DNA of 64,000 bases, taken from NCBI GenBank assembly GCA_963776245.1, contig CAVZLN010000006.1:192001-256000 (forward strand). The letters run 5' to 3'. Below, one piece after another: positions 43,954-56,582 of this stretch. The translations under genes were made by a program, and so were the position numbers. Every line of letters starts with the position of its first letter. Position 1 is the first letter of the stretch. This stretch comes from Candidatus Eiseniibacteriota bacterium. Its GTDB lineage: Bacteria; Eisenbacteria; RBG-16-71-46. Under the pieces are notes generated by a model, which worked only from the letters and a program-made list of their open reading frames with translations, searched no databases and was not told the origin of the DNA.

Positions 43954-44934
43954 TCACCCCCCGGCGCGCAGGCAGTCGTGCAGGTGGAGCACCCCCAGCG
44001 GGCGCCGGTCGCCATCCACCACGACGAGCGCGGTGATCGGGCCGCCCGGACGTTCCTCCATCATGCGCACGGCCGCGGCGACCAGGGCGTCGGGCGCGAT
44101 CGTGCTGGGCGAGCGTCCCATCACGTCGGCCGCGGTGAGCGACCACGGGTCGGCGTGCTTCATCAGGATGCGCTTGAAGTCGCCGTCCGTGACCACGCCG
44201 GCGAGCCGCCCGGCGTCGTCGCGCACCGTCGTGATCCCGAGCCGCTTGTCCATGATCTCGATCATCACCTCGCGCAGCCCGGCCCGCTCGCCCACCGCGG
44301 GCAGGCGCTCCCGGTCGTGCATCAGCTCCTCGACCCGGCGCGAGGCGGCGCGCCCGATCACCCCGCCCGGATGCAGGAACCGGAAGTCCTCGGGGCGGAA
44401 GCCGCGCCGCTCGAGCAGGGCCACCGCCAGGCAGTCGCCCATCACCTGCGCCACCGTGATGCTGGTGGTGGGGGTCAGTTCCATCGGACAGGCCTCGCGC
44501 ACCGGGCCGGTCAGGAGCGTGACCCGCGCCCTCCGCGCCAGCGCCCCGCCCGGGGTCGCGACCAGGGCGATCATCGGGATCCCGTGCCGCTCGAGATAGG
44601 GCATCAGCGCGAGCAGTTCGTCGCTGGCGGCGCTCTTCGAGATGAACAGCGCGGCGTCGCCGGGCGAGAACAGCCCCGCGTCGCCATGCAGGGCATCCGC
44701 CGGGTGCAGGAACACCGCCGGGGTCCCGGTGCTGGTGAGCGTGGCGGCGAGCTTGTGCGCGAGCAGCCCGGACTTGCCGACCCCCGAGACGATCACCTTG
44801 CCGCGGCACGCCGCGAGCAGCTCCACCGCGGCCACGAACGCGTCGCCGAGGCGACCCTCGAGCGCGGCCACCGCCGCGGCCTCGATGCGCACCACCTCGC
44901 GCGCGCGCTCCAGCAGCCGCTCCGCCGCCGTCAC
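43954..44934 (-). CDS. kdsD: Arabinose-5-phosphate isomerase (KpsF/GutQ; SIS + CBS)
   Basis: SGVGKSG, HGDAG, PTTS, HPGG and a CBS pair. Confidence 0.93.
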   Translation of the reverse strand: MTAAERLLERAREVVRIEAAAVAALEGRLGDAFVAAVELLAACRGKVIVSGVGKSGLLAHKLAATLTSTGTPAVFLHPADALHGDAGLFSPGDAALFISKSAASDELLALMPYLERHGIPMIALVATPGGALARRARVTLLTGPVREACPMELTPTTSITVAQVMGDCLAVALLERRGFRPEDFRFLHPGGVIGRAASRRVEELMHDRERLPAVGERAGLREVMIEIMDKRLGITTVRDDAGRLAGVVTDGDFKRILMKHADPWSLTAADVMGRSPSTIAPDALVAAAVRMMEERPGGPITALVVVDGDRRPLGVLHLHDCLRAGG

Positions 44935-45470
44935 AGCGCCTCGTAGCGCGTCAGGACGCGCTCCCACGTGCCGTTGTGGCGCAGCACCGCCTCCGCCACC
45001 TCGCGCACCGCGCCGTACCCGGCGCGCGCCCGCGTGACGCCGCGCGCGAACCCGAGCACCTCGGGCGAGGAGTCGGCGACCGCGATCGGCCAGCCGACCC
45101 GCCTCAGCATCGGCACGTCGGGCAGGTCGTCGCCCACCATCACGCACTCGTCCCAGCGCACGCCCTCGCGCGCCAGCACCCGCTCGGCCACCGCCACCTT
45201 GTCCTTGATGCCGAGGTAGTGCTCGAGCCGGAGGTCCTGCATGCGGGCGACCACCGCCAGCGAGTCGCGCCCCGAGATCACGACCGGCAGCACGCCCTGC
45301 TCACGCGCCCACTCGAGCGCGAGTCCGTCGCGCACCCAGAAGTGGCGCAGGTCGCCCTGACCGCTGAAGCCGATGATCCCGTCGGTGAGCGTGCCGTCCA
45401 CGTCGAGGAACAGCACCTTGACCGGGCCCGGGAACGGGCAGACCAGCGGGTGGGTCGTCGCGTCAGGCAC
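44931..45470 (-). CDS. kdsC: KDO8P phosphatase (HAD)
   Basis: LDVDGTLTDG, GDDLPD and GAVRE motifs. Confidence 0.92.
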   Translation of the reverse strand: MPDATTHPLVCPFPGPVKVLFLDVDGTLTDGIIGFSGQGDLRHFWVRDGLALEWAREQGVLPVVISGRDSLAVVARMQDLRLEHYLGIKDKVAVAERVLAREGVRWDECVMVGDDLPDVPMLRRVGWPIAVADSSPEVLGFARGVTRARAGYGAVREVAEAVLRHNGTWERVLTRYEAL

Positions 45471-46284
45471 GCGGGGCCCCCTCCACCGCCGCGCGCACGC
45501 GCAGCGCCTCGTCGAGGAACCGCTCGGCCTGATCGAGCGGCAGCTGGGTGGCGGCGTCGGACAGCGCCCGGGCCGGATCCGGATGGGTCTCGAAGAACAG
45601 ACCGTCGATGCCGCACGCGACCGCGGCGCGCATCAGCGGGAACGCGAAGCGCCGGTCGCCGCCCGTCTCGGCGCCGCCCGGCCGTTGCAGGCTGTGCGTG
45701 GCGTCGTACACCACCGGCCACCCCAGCTCGCGCATCACCACCAGCGAGCGCATGTCCACCACCAGGTCCCCGTAGCCGAAGCTGGCCCCGCGCTCGGTGA
45801 GCATCACCTGGCGGCCGCCCGCGCCGGTGATCTTGTCCACCGCGTGGCGCAGGTCGGCGGGCGCGAGGAACTGCCCCTTCTTCACGTTCACTGGTCGTCC
45901 GCTGCGGGCCGCGGCCTCGAGCAGCGCGGTCTGCCGGCACAGGAACGCGGGGATCTGGAGCACGTCGGCCACCGCGGCGGCGGCGGCGACCTCGCCGGTC
46001 TCATGCACGTCGGTCAGCACCGGGACGCCCAGTTCGCGCTTCACCTTCTCGAGCACCGCGAGCGACGCGTCCATCCCCAGCCCGCTGAAGGCGCCCGCGC
46101 TCGTGCGGTTGGCCTTGCGGTAGGAGGCCTTGAAGACGAACGGCACTCGGCGCGCGGCGCACAGGTCGCGCAATCGCTGCGCGACGGCGAGGCACATCGC
46201 CTCGCTCTCGACCACGCACGGGCCGGCGAGCACGAACAGGTCAGACCCGCCCAGCGTGGCCCCACCGACCGTGAACGCGCTCAT
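45463..46284 (-). CDS. kdsA: KDO8P synthase
   Basis: [23 protein letters not shown] and DATHSLQ motifs. Confidence 0.96.
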   Translation of the reverse strand: MSAFTVGGATLGGSDLFVLAGPCVVESEAMCLAVAQRLRDLCAARRVPFVFKASYRKANRTSAGAFSGLGMDASLAVLEKVKRELGVPVLTDVHETGEVAAAAAVADVLQIPAFLCRQTALLEAAARSGRPVNVKKGQFLAPADLRHAVDKITGAGGRQVMLTERGASFGYGDLVVDMRSLVVMRELGWPVVYDATHSLQRPGGAETGGDRRFAFPLMRAAVACGIDGLFFETHPDPARALSDAATQLPLDQAERFLDEALRVRAAVEGAPRA

Positions 46285-47951
46285 CGCGGGGGCGCCTGGG
46301 CCGGCTCGGCGGTCCGCGGGGGCGCGGTCGCGGCGCGTTCGCCGCCGAGCCGCACGCGGCGGCGTTCGAGCGCGGCGCGCACGAAGTCGCAGAACAGCGG
46401 GTGGGGCTCGTAGGGGCGCGACTTGAGCTCGGGATGGAACTGGACCGCGAGGTACCACGGGTGGTCGGGCAGCTCGATGATCTCGACCAGCTCGCGCCCG
46501 ACGCAGCGCCCCGACAGCACCAGCCCGCGCGACTGGAGCTGCGACGCGTACTTGTTGTTGAACTCGTAGCGGTGCCGGTGGCGCTCCTCGACCTCGGCCC
46601 GGCCGTAGGCGCGCGCCGCGAGGGTGCCCTCGCGCAGCGCGCACCGATAGGCGCCCAGCCGCATCGTGCCGCCCTTCTCGATCACCCCGGCCTGCTCGCT
46701 CAGCAGGTCGATGACCTTCTGGGGCGCCGCGGGATCGAACTCCGAGGAGTTCGCCTCCTGCCAGCCGGCCACGTGGCGCGCGAACTCGATGGTGGCCACC
46801 TGCATGCCGAGGCACAGCCCGAAATACGGGATGCCCCGCTCGCGCGCGTACTGCGCGGCGGCGATCTTGCCCTCGATGCCGCGCTCGCCGAAGCCGCCCG
46901 GCACCAGCACGCCGTCCAGGTCGGCGAGGAAGTGCGCCGCTCCCCGCTGCTCGATCTCCTCGCCCTCGATCCAGCGCAGTTCCACCCGCGCCCGGTTGGC
47001 CGCGCCGGCATGCACGAACGACTCCATGATGCTCTTGTACGCGTCGCGCACGTGGGTGTACTTGCCCACCACGCCGATGAGGCACTCGCGCTCGGGATGG
47101 TTCACGCGCTGCACGAAGTCGTCCCACGCCTGGAGGTCGGGCTCGCCGGTCTCCAGCCCCAACTCGCGCACCACGAACGCGTCGAGCCCGCCCTCGTGGA
47201 ACACCCGCGGGACCTCGTAGATGCTCGACACGTCGGTGGCGGGGATGACGGCGTCGGTGGGCACGTTGCAGAACAGCGCGATCTTCTCCTTCACCTCGCT
47301 GCTCAGCTCGACCTCGCTGCGGCACAGCAGCACGTCGGGCTGGATGCCGATCTCGCGCAGCTCCTTGACCGAGTGCTGCGTCGGCTTGGTCTTGACCTCG
47401 CCCGCGGCCTTGATGAACGGCACCAGCGTGACGTGCACGAACAGCACCTCGCGGCGGTGTTCGAGCTTGAGCTGGCGGACCGCCTCGAGGAACGGCAGCG
47501 ACTCGATGTCGCCCACCGTGCCCCCGATCTCGACGATGATCACGTCCGCGTCGGTGGCGAGCGCGAGCCCGGTGATGCGGCGCTTGATCTCGTCGGTGAC
47601 GTGCGGGATGACCTGCACCGTGCGCCCCAGGTAGTCGCCGCGGCGCTCCTTCGAGAGGATGGAGTCGTACACCTGGCCGGCGGTGACGTTGTGGCTGCGC
47701 GTCACGGCGGTGCCGGTGAAGCGCTCGTAGTGCCCGAGGTCGAGGTCGGTCTCGGCGCCGTCGTCGGTGACGAACACCTCGCCGTGCTGGAACGGACTCA
47801 TGGTGCCGGGATCGATGTTGAGGTAGGGATCGAGCTTCTGGATCGTCACCCGCAGCCCGCGCGCCTTGAGCAGCAGTCCGAGCGAGGCCGCGGCGATCCC
47901 CTTGCCGAGCGAGGAGACGACGCCTCCCGTCACCACCACGATCTTGACCAT
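46281..47951 (-). CDS. pyrG: CTP synthase
   Basis: [25 protein letters not shown] and QFHPE motifs. Confidence 0.98.
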   Translation of the reverse strand: MVKIVVVTGGVVSSLGKGIAAASLGLLLKARGLRVTIQKLDPYLNIDPGTMSPFQHGEVFVTDDGAETDLDLGHYERFTGTAVTRSHNVTAGQVYDSILSKERRGDYLGRTVQVIPHVTDEIKRRITGLALATDADVIIVEIGGTVGDIESLPFLEAVRQLKLEHRREVLFVHVTLVPFIKAAGEVKTKPTQHSVKELREIGIQPDVLLCRSEVELSSEVKEKIALFCNVPTDAVIPATDVSSIYEVPRVFHEGGLDAFVVRELGLETGEPDLQAWDDFVQRVNHPERECLIGVVGKYTHVRDAYKSIMESFVHAGAANRARVELRWIEGEEIEQRGAAHFLADLDGVLVPGGFGERGIEGKIAAAQYARERGIPYFGLCLGMQVATIEFARHVAGWQEANSSEFDPAAPQKVIDLLSEQAGVIEKGGTMRLGAYRCALREGTLAARAYGRAEVEERHRHRYEFNNKYASQLQSRGLVLSGRCVGRELVEIIELPDHPWYLAVQFHPELKSRPYEPHPLFCDFVRAALERRRVRLGGERAATAPPRTAEPAQAPPR

Positions 47952-47989
47952 CGGCTCTCCCCTCTCGATCGCCCGGGCGGACCGCGCGA

Positions 47990-48739
47990 TCACCCGAGCG
48001 GACCCCTTCTCTCCAGGGCGGCCATCTGCTCGGGGGTGTCCACGCCCGCGAACGGATGCTCGCCCATCACCACCCTGATGCGCACCCCGCGCTCGAGCGC
48101 GCGGAGCTGCTCGAGGCGCTCGGCCCGCTCGAGCGTACCGGGCGGCCACGACGCGAATTCGAGCAGCAGGTCGCGCCGGAAGGCGTACACCCCGGCGTGG
48201 CGCAGCGCCGGCCCGCCCCGCGAGGCGCCGGCGAGATCCGCACGGGAAAAGTAGAGCGCGAAGCCCGCCGCGTCCACCACCACCTTGACCACGTCCGCGC
48301 TCGCGAAGCGCGCCGCGTCGGGCTCGTGGTGCGCCACGGTGCCCATCCGCACCGAGGGATCCGCGCGCATCGCCGCGACCAGCGCGGTGACCGCTCCGGT
48401 CTCGAGCTCGGGCTCGTCTCCCTGCAGGTTGAGCACGATGCCGAACCCGGGACGCCGCCGTGCCACCTCGGCCACGCGGTCGGTGCCGCTCGCGCAGTCG
48501 GGCGAGGTTCGCTCGACGACGGCGCCGAAGGCGCGGGCGGCCGACTCGATGCGGTCGTCGTCGGTGGCGATCACCAGCGCGTCGACGCCGCGCGCGGCGG
48601 CCGCCCGCTCCCACACGTGCTGGACCATGGGCTTGCCCCACAGCCGCGCCAGCGGCTTGCCGGGGAAACGGGACGCGCCGTACCGGGCGGGGATCACGCC
48701 CAGGACGGCGCTCGCGTTCGCAGCTCCATGCTCGTGCAT
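47990..48739 (-). CDS. kdsB: CMP-KDO synthetase
   Basis: [22 protein letters not shown] and [10 protein letters not shown] motifs. Confidence 0.95.
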   Translation of the reverse strand: MHEHGAANASAVLGVIPARYGASRFPGKPLARLWGKPMVQHVWERAAAARGVDALVIATDDDRIESAARAFGAVVERTSPDCASGTDRVAEVARRRPGFGIVLNLQGDEPELETGAVTALVAAMRADPSVRMGTVAHHEPDAARFASADVVKVVVDAAGFALYFSRADLAGASRGGPALRHAGVYAFRRDLLLEFASWPPGTLERAERLEQLRALERGVRIRVVMGEHPFAGVDTPEQMAALERRGPLG

Positions 48740-48872
48740 GGACCGGCAAGGTAGCACACCGGCGCGCGTCACGTCAGGCGCTCCGGAGGTGGCGGCAGGC
48801 CCCGCCCGCTCGCTCGCGAGTCGCCGGGGGCGCTCCCCCGGCGACCCGTTCGTTCTCGACTCCTGTGGGGCC

Positions 48873-49805
48873 TCAGCCGCCCAGTTCGGCGATCATGTCG
48901 GACACGTCCTTGCCGCTCTTCTGGAGCGCCGCGGACTCCTCGGCCGACAGCTTGAGCTGGATGATGCGCTCGACGCCCTTGCCGCCGAGCAGGATGGGCA
49001 CCCCGATGAACAGGCCCTTCATGCCGTACTCGCCCTCGAGCAGCACCGAGCAGGGCACCAGGCGCTTCTGGTCGGTGAGGATGGCCTCGGCCATCTCGAC
49101 CGCGCTCATCGCCGGCGCGTAGTAGGCCGAACCGGTCTTGAGCAGCTTCACGATCTCGGCGCCGCCGTTCGCGGTGCGGGTGATGATCTCCTGGATCTTC
49201 TCGGCCGGCAGCAGCTCGGACACCGCGATCCCGCTGACCGTGGTGTAGCGCGGCATCGGCACCATGGAGTCGCCGTGCCCGCCGAGCACCATCGCGTCGA
49301 CGTCCGCCGCCGACACGCCCAGCTCCATCGCGATGAACGCACGCATGCGCGCCGAGTCGAGGATCCCGGCCATGCCGAGCACGCGCTGCTTCGGGAGACC
49401 CGAGGTCTTCCAGAACAGCCACGCCATCACGTCGAGCGGATTGGTCACGACGATGACGTACGCGTTCGGCGCGTGCCGCTTCACCGCCTCGGCCGCCGGC
49501 TTGATGATGTCGGCGTTGGCCTTGAGCAGGTCGCTGCGCGACATGCCGGGCTTGCGCGGGAAGCCCGCGGTCATGATCACGACGTCGGCGCCCGCCACCG
49601 CGGCGAGGTTGTCGGCGCCCTCGAGGCGCCCGCCCTTGTGCCAGATCGGGGTGGCCTGCTGCATGTCGAGGGCCTTGCCCTTGGGCATGCCCTCCATCTC
49701 GGGACGGTCGATGAGCACCACGTCCGCGAGCCCACGCTCGGCCACGTAGAGCGCGGCGCTCGCGCCGACGTTACCGGCACCGATGACGGCGACCTTGTTC
49801 TTCAC
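48873..49805 (-). CDS. mdh: Malate dehydrogenase (LDH-like)
   Basis: GAGNVG, PRKPGMSRSDL, GGHGD and GSAYYAP motifs. Confidence 0.96.
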   Translation of the reverse strand: MKNKVAVIGAGNVGASAALYVAERGLADVVLIDRPEMEGMPKGKALDMQQATPIWHKGGRLEGADNLAAVAGADVVIMTAGFPRKPGMSRSDLLKANADIIKPAAEAVKRHAPNAYVIVVTNPLDVMAWLFWKTSGLPKQRVLGMAGILDSARMRAFIAMELGVSAADVDAMVLGGHGDSMVPMPRYTTVSGIAVSELLPAEKIQEIITRTANGGAEIVKLLKTGSAYYAPAMSAVEMAEAILTDQKRLVPCSVLLEGEYGMKGLFIGVPILLGGKGVERIIQLKLSAEESAALQKSGKDVSDMIAELGG

Positions 49806-49912
49806 GGGATCCCTCCGGTTGATGGATGCGGCCCGCCCTTCAATCGAAACGCCGCGTCGCCATGAGCCGGGAGGCCCGTGGAGACGCGGCGCCGGAGCGG
49901 GAAACCTCGGTA

Positions 49913-50185
49913 TCAGTTCGTAGCGGCCGACGCGGGCGGCACCACGTGCACCTTGCGGCGGGTGCCGTGATAGCGCGTGAACTTGACCTCGCCGTCGATC
50001 ATCGCGAACAGCGTGTCGTCCTTGCCCAGCCCGACATTGAGACCGGGGAAGAAGCGGGTGCCGCGCTGGCGGACGATGATGCTGCCCGCGCTCACGCGTT
50101 CGCCGCCGAAGCGCTTCACGCCGAGGCGCTGCGCGTTCGACTCGCGTCCGTTGCGCGACGAGGACTGGCCCTTTTTGTGTGCCAT
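49913..50185 (-). CDS. rpmA: 50S ribosomal protein L27
   Basis: [16 protein letters not shown] and IIVRQRGT. Confidence 0.98.
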   Translation of the reverse strand: MAHKKGQSSSRNGRESNAQRLGVKRFGGERVSAGSIIVRQRGTRFFPGLNVGLGKDDTLFAMIDGEVKFTRYHGTRRKVHVVPPASAATN

Positions 50186-50199
50186 GACGGGTGCTCCCT

Positions 50200-50511
50200 C
50201 TAAGCCTGGATGCCGGTCACGCGGATGCGCGTGAGCTCGTCGCGGTGACCGCGGCGGCGGCGGTAGGCGCGCCGGCGCTTGAACTTGAAGATGCGCAGCT
50301 TGGGGCCGCGGAAGTGCTCGACCACCTCGGCGGTGGCCCGGGCGCCCGTCACGTAGGGCTGTCCGACCGCGATCCGGTCGCCGTCGGAGACCATGAGCAC
50401 CTGGTCGAAGGTGAGCTTCTGCCCGGGCTCCCCGCTGAGCAGGGCGACCGAGATCACGGTGTCCGGCTCGACCTTCGTCTGGACCCCGTTGATGTTGACG
50501 ATGGCGTACAT
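50200..50511 (-). CDS. rplU: 50S ribosomal protein L21
   Basis: MYAIV and [16 protein letters not shown]. Confidence 0.96.
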   Translation of the reverse strand: MYAIVNINGVQTKVEPDTVISVALLSGEPGQKLTFDQVLMVSDGDRIAVGQPYVTGARATAEVVEHFRGPKLRIFKFKRRRAYRRRRGHRDELTRIRVTGIQA

Positions 50512-50772
50512 GAGCAGCGTTCTCCCTGCCACGCGATGGGTCTTGGAGCGGCGCACGAGGGCGGCCGCACGGCCGCAAGGCCGGCGCTCGGCCCCGTCAG
50601 GCGCACACGAAGGGTGAGTTTCTATCATGCGGCGCCTCGGGCTGTCAACGGACGCGGCCCTCCACGGGCGGTGTCCGGGGGCGCCGGAGGAGCGCTTCCC
50701 CCCGCGACGCGGGGGGCGGTTTGAGGCACACTGGCGCGCGTCCGCCGTACCCACTCCGCCCACGGAGGCCTC

Positions 50773-51372
50773 ATGCGCGCCCGCTCCGCGTCCCTGTGGT
50801 TCGCCCTCGGCATCATCGCCGGCAGCCTGGCCTGCGGGCCGGCGCTCACCGCGCAGCCCGGTCCCGGCTCGCCCGGGGTCCCGCCCGCGTCCGCCCGGTC
50901 CCCGCTCGGCCTCCCTCGCAGCGTGGTCGGCGGGAGCGGCTACTCCCCGCTGCTGCTCGACCGGGCCGACCTGGAGTTCGGCACCACGGTCCAGTACGCG
51001 CGCATCCCCACGCTCCTCGAGCTCGACGACCTGCGCTTCGTGCCGGGCCTCGCCCACGTGGTGCTGGTGCTCGACCGCTGGCCACCCGAGTTCGCGCCGC
51101 TCGAGGCGCTCAATCGCCTGCCGCGGGAGACCGACCTCATCGTGGTGCTCCCGGGCTATCCCCCCAGCCGCGGCGCCGCCGACGCGTGGAACCTGCTCGA
51201 CACCCGCGCGCGCCTGGTGGTGGTGGCCGACGGCCCGCCCCCCACCGGCGTCGCGCACGACCTCAACGCCATGCGTGGCCTGGAGCGGGTGATCGTGAAC
51301 ACCGACGAGCCGAGCCGCGCCGGCCTCGAGCGCCTGCAGCGCCCGGTGACGTTCCGCGTGGTGCGGGAGTAG
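50773..51372 (+). CDS. Hypothetical exported protein
   Basis: GGAGG RBS, signal peptide, host-like codon usage; no recognisable family. Confidence 0.7.
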   Translation: MRARSASLWFALGIIAGSLACGPALTAQPGPGSPGVPPASARSPLGLPRSVVGGSGYSPLLLDRADLEFGTTVQYARIPTLLELDDLRFVPGLAHVVLVLDRWPPEFAPLEALNRLPRETDLIVVLPGYPPSRGAADAWNLLDTRARLVVVADGPPPTGVAHDLNAMRGLERVIVNTDEPSRAGLERLQRPVTFRVVRE

Positions 51373-51387
51373 CGCGAGCGGCGGCGC

Positions 51388-52935
51388 CTAGGTGCCGGGG
51401 ACCGCGCCCACCACCTGCTTGGTCAGCTCGACCTTCTTCTCGGTGAACACGCGCATCTCCCCGCGCTTGAGCTGGGGATCGTCCTTGAGGTCCACCCGCA
51501 GCCGGAAACGACGCTCGAGTTCCGCGAAACGGCGCCCCTCCTGCTCGACGAAGAACAGGGCCACCTCGGGGGCCACCTTCACGGTGATGCGCTTCTCGGA
51601 GCCGAGCGCCGTCACCCGGCGCATCGCCCGCTCGAGCTTCACCAGCATGGACTCCTGCGACGTCACCTTGCCCAGTCCGGCGCAGTGCGGACAGTCCTCG
51701 GTGTAGTAGTGGAGCAGGCTCGAGCGCTCGCGCTGGCGCGTCATCTCGACCAGCCCGAGGTCCGAGACCGCGAAGGCCCGGGTGCGGGCGCGGTCCTTGC
51801 GCAGCTCGTTCCGCAGGTCCTCGATCACCGCGCGCTTGTTGGCCTCGATCTCCATGTCGATGAAGTCGATGACGATGATGCCCCCGATGTCGCGCAGGCG
51901 CAGCTGGCGCGGGATCTCGTGCGCCGCCTCCATGTTGGTGCGGAAGATGGTCTCTTCCTGGTTCTTCTTGCCGGTGAAGCGCCCGGTGTTCACGTCGACC
52001 GCGACCAGCGCCTCGGTGTGGTCGATGCAGATGTAGCCGCCCTTCTTGAGCCACACCTTGCGCTCGAAGGTCTTCTCGATCTCCGCCTCGATGGCGAACG
52101 TGTCGAAGATCGGCGCGCGGTCCTTGTGCAGCACCACGCGATCGCGCAGCTCGGGCGACACCATCTTGAGGTAGGACTGGATCTCGGCGAACGACTCCTT
52201 GTCGTCGATGTGCACCTCCTCCACGTCCTCGGTGAAGAGGTCGCGGATGAGGCTCGCCGTGAGCTCGAGCTCGCGGTGCACCAGCGTCGGCGCGCGCGAC
52301 GAGGAGGCCTTGCGCTCGATCTTCTGCCACAGCTTGTGCAGGTACTTCACGTCGGCGGCGAACTCGGGATCGCCCTTGCCGTCGCCCGCGGTGCGCGCGA
52401 TGAGCCCGACGCCCTTGGGCTTGAGGTCGGTGATGATGGCCTTGATGCGCTGGCGCTCGGCGCGCTCTTCGATGCGGCGCGAGACGCCGACGTGGTCCAC
52501 GCCCGGCATCATCACGCAGAAGCGCCCGGGCAGGCTCACCTGCTGCGTGACGCGCGGCCCCTTGGTGCCGATCGCCTCCTTGGTGATCTGCACCAGCACC
52601 TCCTGCCCCTTCTTGAGGCAGTCCTCGATCTTCGGCACCGGCGCGCGGCGGCGCTTGCCGCGGTCGCCGTTCTCGTCGAGGTCGGAGATGTCCTCGAGAT
52701 CGCTGAGCGACTCTGCGAGGTCGGAGGCGTGCAGGAACCCGGTCTTGGGAAGTCCGAGGTCGACGAACGCGGACTGCATGCCGGGCAGCACCGCGTTGAC
52801 GCGGGCCTTGTAGATGTCCCCCACGTGGCGGCGCTGGTCGGCGCGCTCCACCAGCAGCTCGGCGAGCTCGTCGTCCTCGAGGATGGCGATGCGGGTCTCG
52901 TACGAATCGGCGTTGATGATGATCTTGCGTTTCAC
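51388..52935 (-). CDS. rng: Ribonuclease E/G family (RNase G length)
   Basis: S1 domain VLPGMQSAFVD, KEAIGTKGPR, DVNTG and GGIIVIDFIDM motifs. Confidence 0.93.
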   Translation of the reverse strand: MKRKIIINADSYETRIAILEDDELAELLVERADQRRHVGDIYKARVNAVLPGMQSAFVDLGLPKTGFLHASDLAESLSDLEDISDLDENGDRGKRRRAPVPKIEDCLKKGQEVLVQITKEAIGTKGPRVTQQVSLPGRFCVMMPGVDHVGVSRRIEERAERQRIKAIITDLKPKGVGLIARTAGDGKGDPEFAADVKYLHKLWQKIERKASSSRAPTLVHRELELTASLIRDLFTEDVEEVHIDDKESFAEIQSYLKMVSPELRDRVVLHKDRAPIFDTFAIEAEIEKTFERKVWLKKGGYICIDHTEALVAVDVNTGRFTGKKNQEETIFRTNMEAAHEIPRQLRLRDIGGIIVIDFIDMEIEANKRAVIEDLRNELRKDRARTRAFAVSDLGLVEMTRQRERSSLLHYYTEDCPHCAGLGKVTSQESMLVKLERAMRRVTALGSEKRITVKVAPEVALFFVEQEGRRFAELERRFRLRVDLKDDPQLKRGEMRVFTEKKVELTKQVVGAVPGT

Positions 52936-52969
52936 GAAGGCATCCTGTGCCCCCGTCTCCGGCGCGCCC

Positions 52970-55630
<2,661 letters not shown>

Positions 55631-55840
55631 GCGGTGGGCAGGCCTCCCGGGATCCCCGAAACCGTCAGCACCCGGGCCGCATCGCTGCGGGCTCGGGGCA
55701 CTCCGGCCGGGTGATCTCGTGGTGAGTGCGGCGGGGCGGCACCTCGCCCGCCGGCGTATGGACGGCGGCACGTTAGCACAGCCCTTGGGGCCGCCCAAGG
55801 ACGGACGTGGAGCGGTCCGCATGCCGCCGCCGCGCGGGTC

Positions 55841-55849
55841 GTGTATAGT
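55841..55849 (+). promoter_or_regulatory. -10-like element upstream of sdhC
   Basis: GTGTATAGT about 45 bp before the start codon, in otherwise very GC-rich DNA. Confidence 0.5.
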
Positions 55850-55892
55850 GCGCTCACCCCCTGCGTCTCGACCTTATGAGGACCCGACTCCC

Positions 55893-56582
55893 ATGAGCGT
55901 CTCCGAGCGGACCGCGAACACGCTGAGGCGGCTGCACTCGCTGTCCGGCGTCCTGCCGATCGGCATGTTCCTCGCGTTCCACATGTTCATCAACTCCAAG
56001 GCCGTCCAGGGCGCGGCCCATTACCGCGCCGCGACCGAGGAGATCGCCAAGCTGCCCTACGTGGCCCTGATCGAGGTGCTCGCCATCGGGGTGCCGATCC
56101 TGTTCCACATGGTGCTGGGCATCCTGATCGTGGTGACCGGCCAGGCCAACGTGGGACGCTTCCGCTACGAGCGCAATTGGGGCTACGGCATCCAGCGCGT
56201 CACCGGCCTGGTGCTGGTGGCGTTCATCATCTTCCACGTGTGGAGCTCGCGCTTCGCCCCCGAGGCGCTGATGCCGAACGGGGACCTGTTCGGCCTGATG
56301 AAGCGCCAGCTCTCGAACCCCGCGGTGTTCGCGTTCTACGTGGTGGGGGTCGCCAGCGCCGCGTTCCACCTCGGCAACGGGCTGTTCGGGTTCGCCATCC
56401 ACTGGGGCATCGCCACCGGGCGCAACGCGCAGCGCCACGCGGCCCGGCTGGGATACGCCGTGTTCGTCGTGCTCACGCTGGTGGGGGTCAACGCGCTGTT
56501 CGGGTTCCTCGGCCGGGGCGTACGGGTGTTCGAGCGCGCCCCCGAGGCCGCCGCGGTCGCGCACACGGAGGTCCGGCCATGA
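55893..56582 (+). CDS. sdhC: Succinate dehydrogenase cytochrome b558 subunit (single 5-TM anchor)
   Basis: RRLHSLSGV, four conserved His residues, QRVTG and HLGNGL. Confidence 0.92.
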   Translation: MSVSERTANTLRRLHSLSGVLPIGMFLAFHMFINSKAVQGAAHYRAATEEIAKLPYVALIEVLAIGVPILFHMVLGILIVVTGQANVGRFRYERNWGYGIQRVTGLVLVAFIIFHVWSSRFAPEALMPNGDLFGLMKRQLSNPAVFAFYVVGVASAAFHLGNGLFGFAIHWGIATGRNAQRHAARLGYAVFVVLTLVGVNALFGFLGRGVRVFERAPEAAAVAHTEVRP

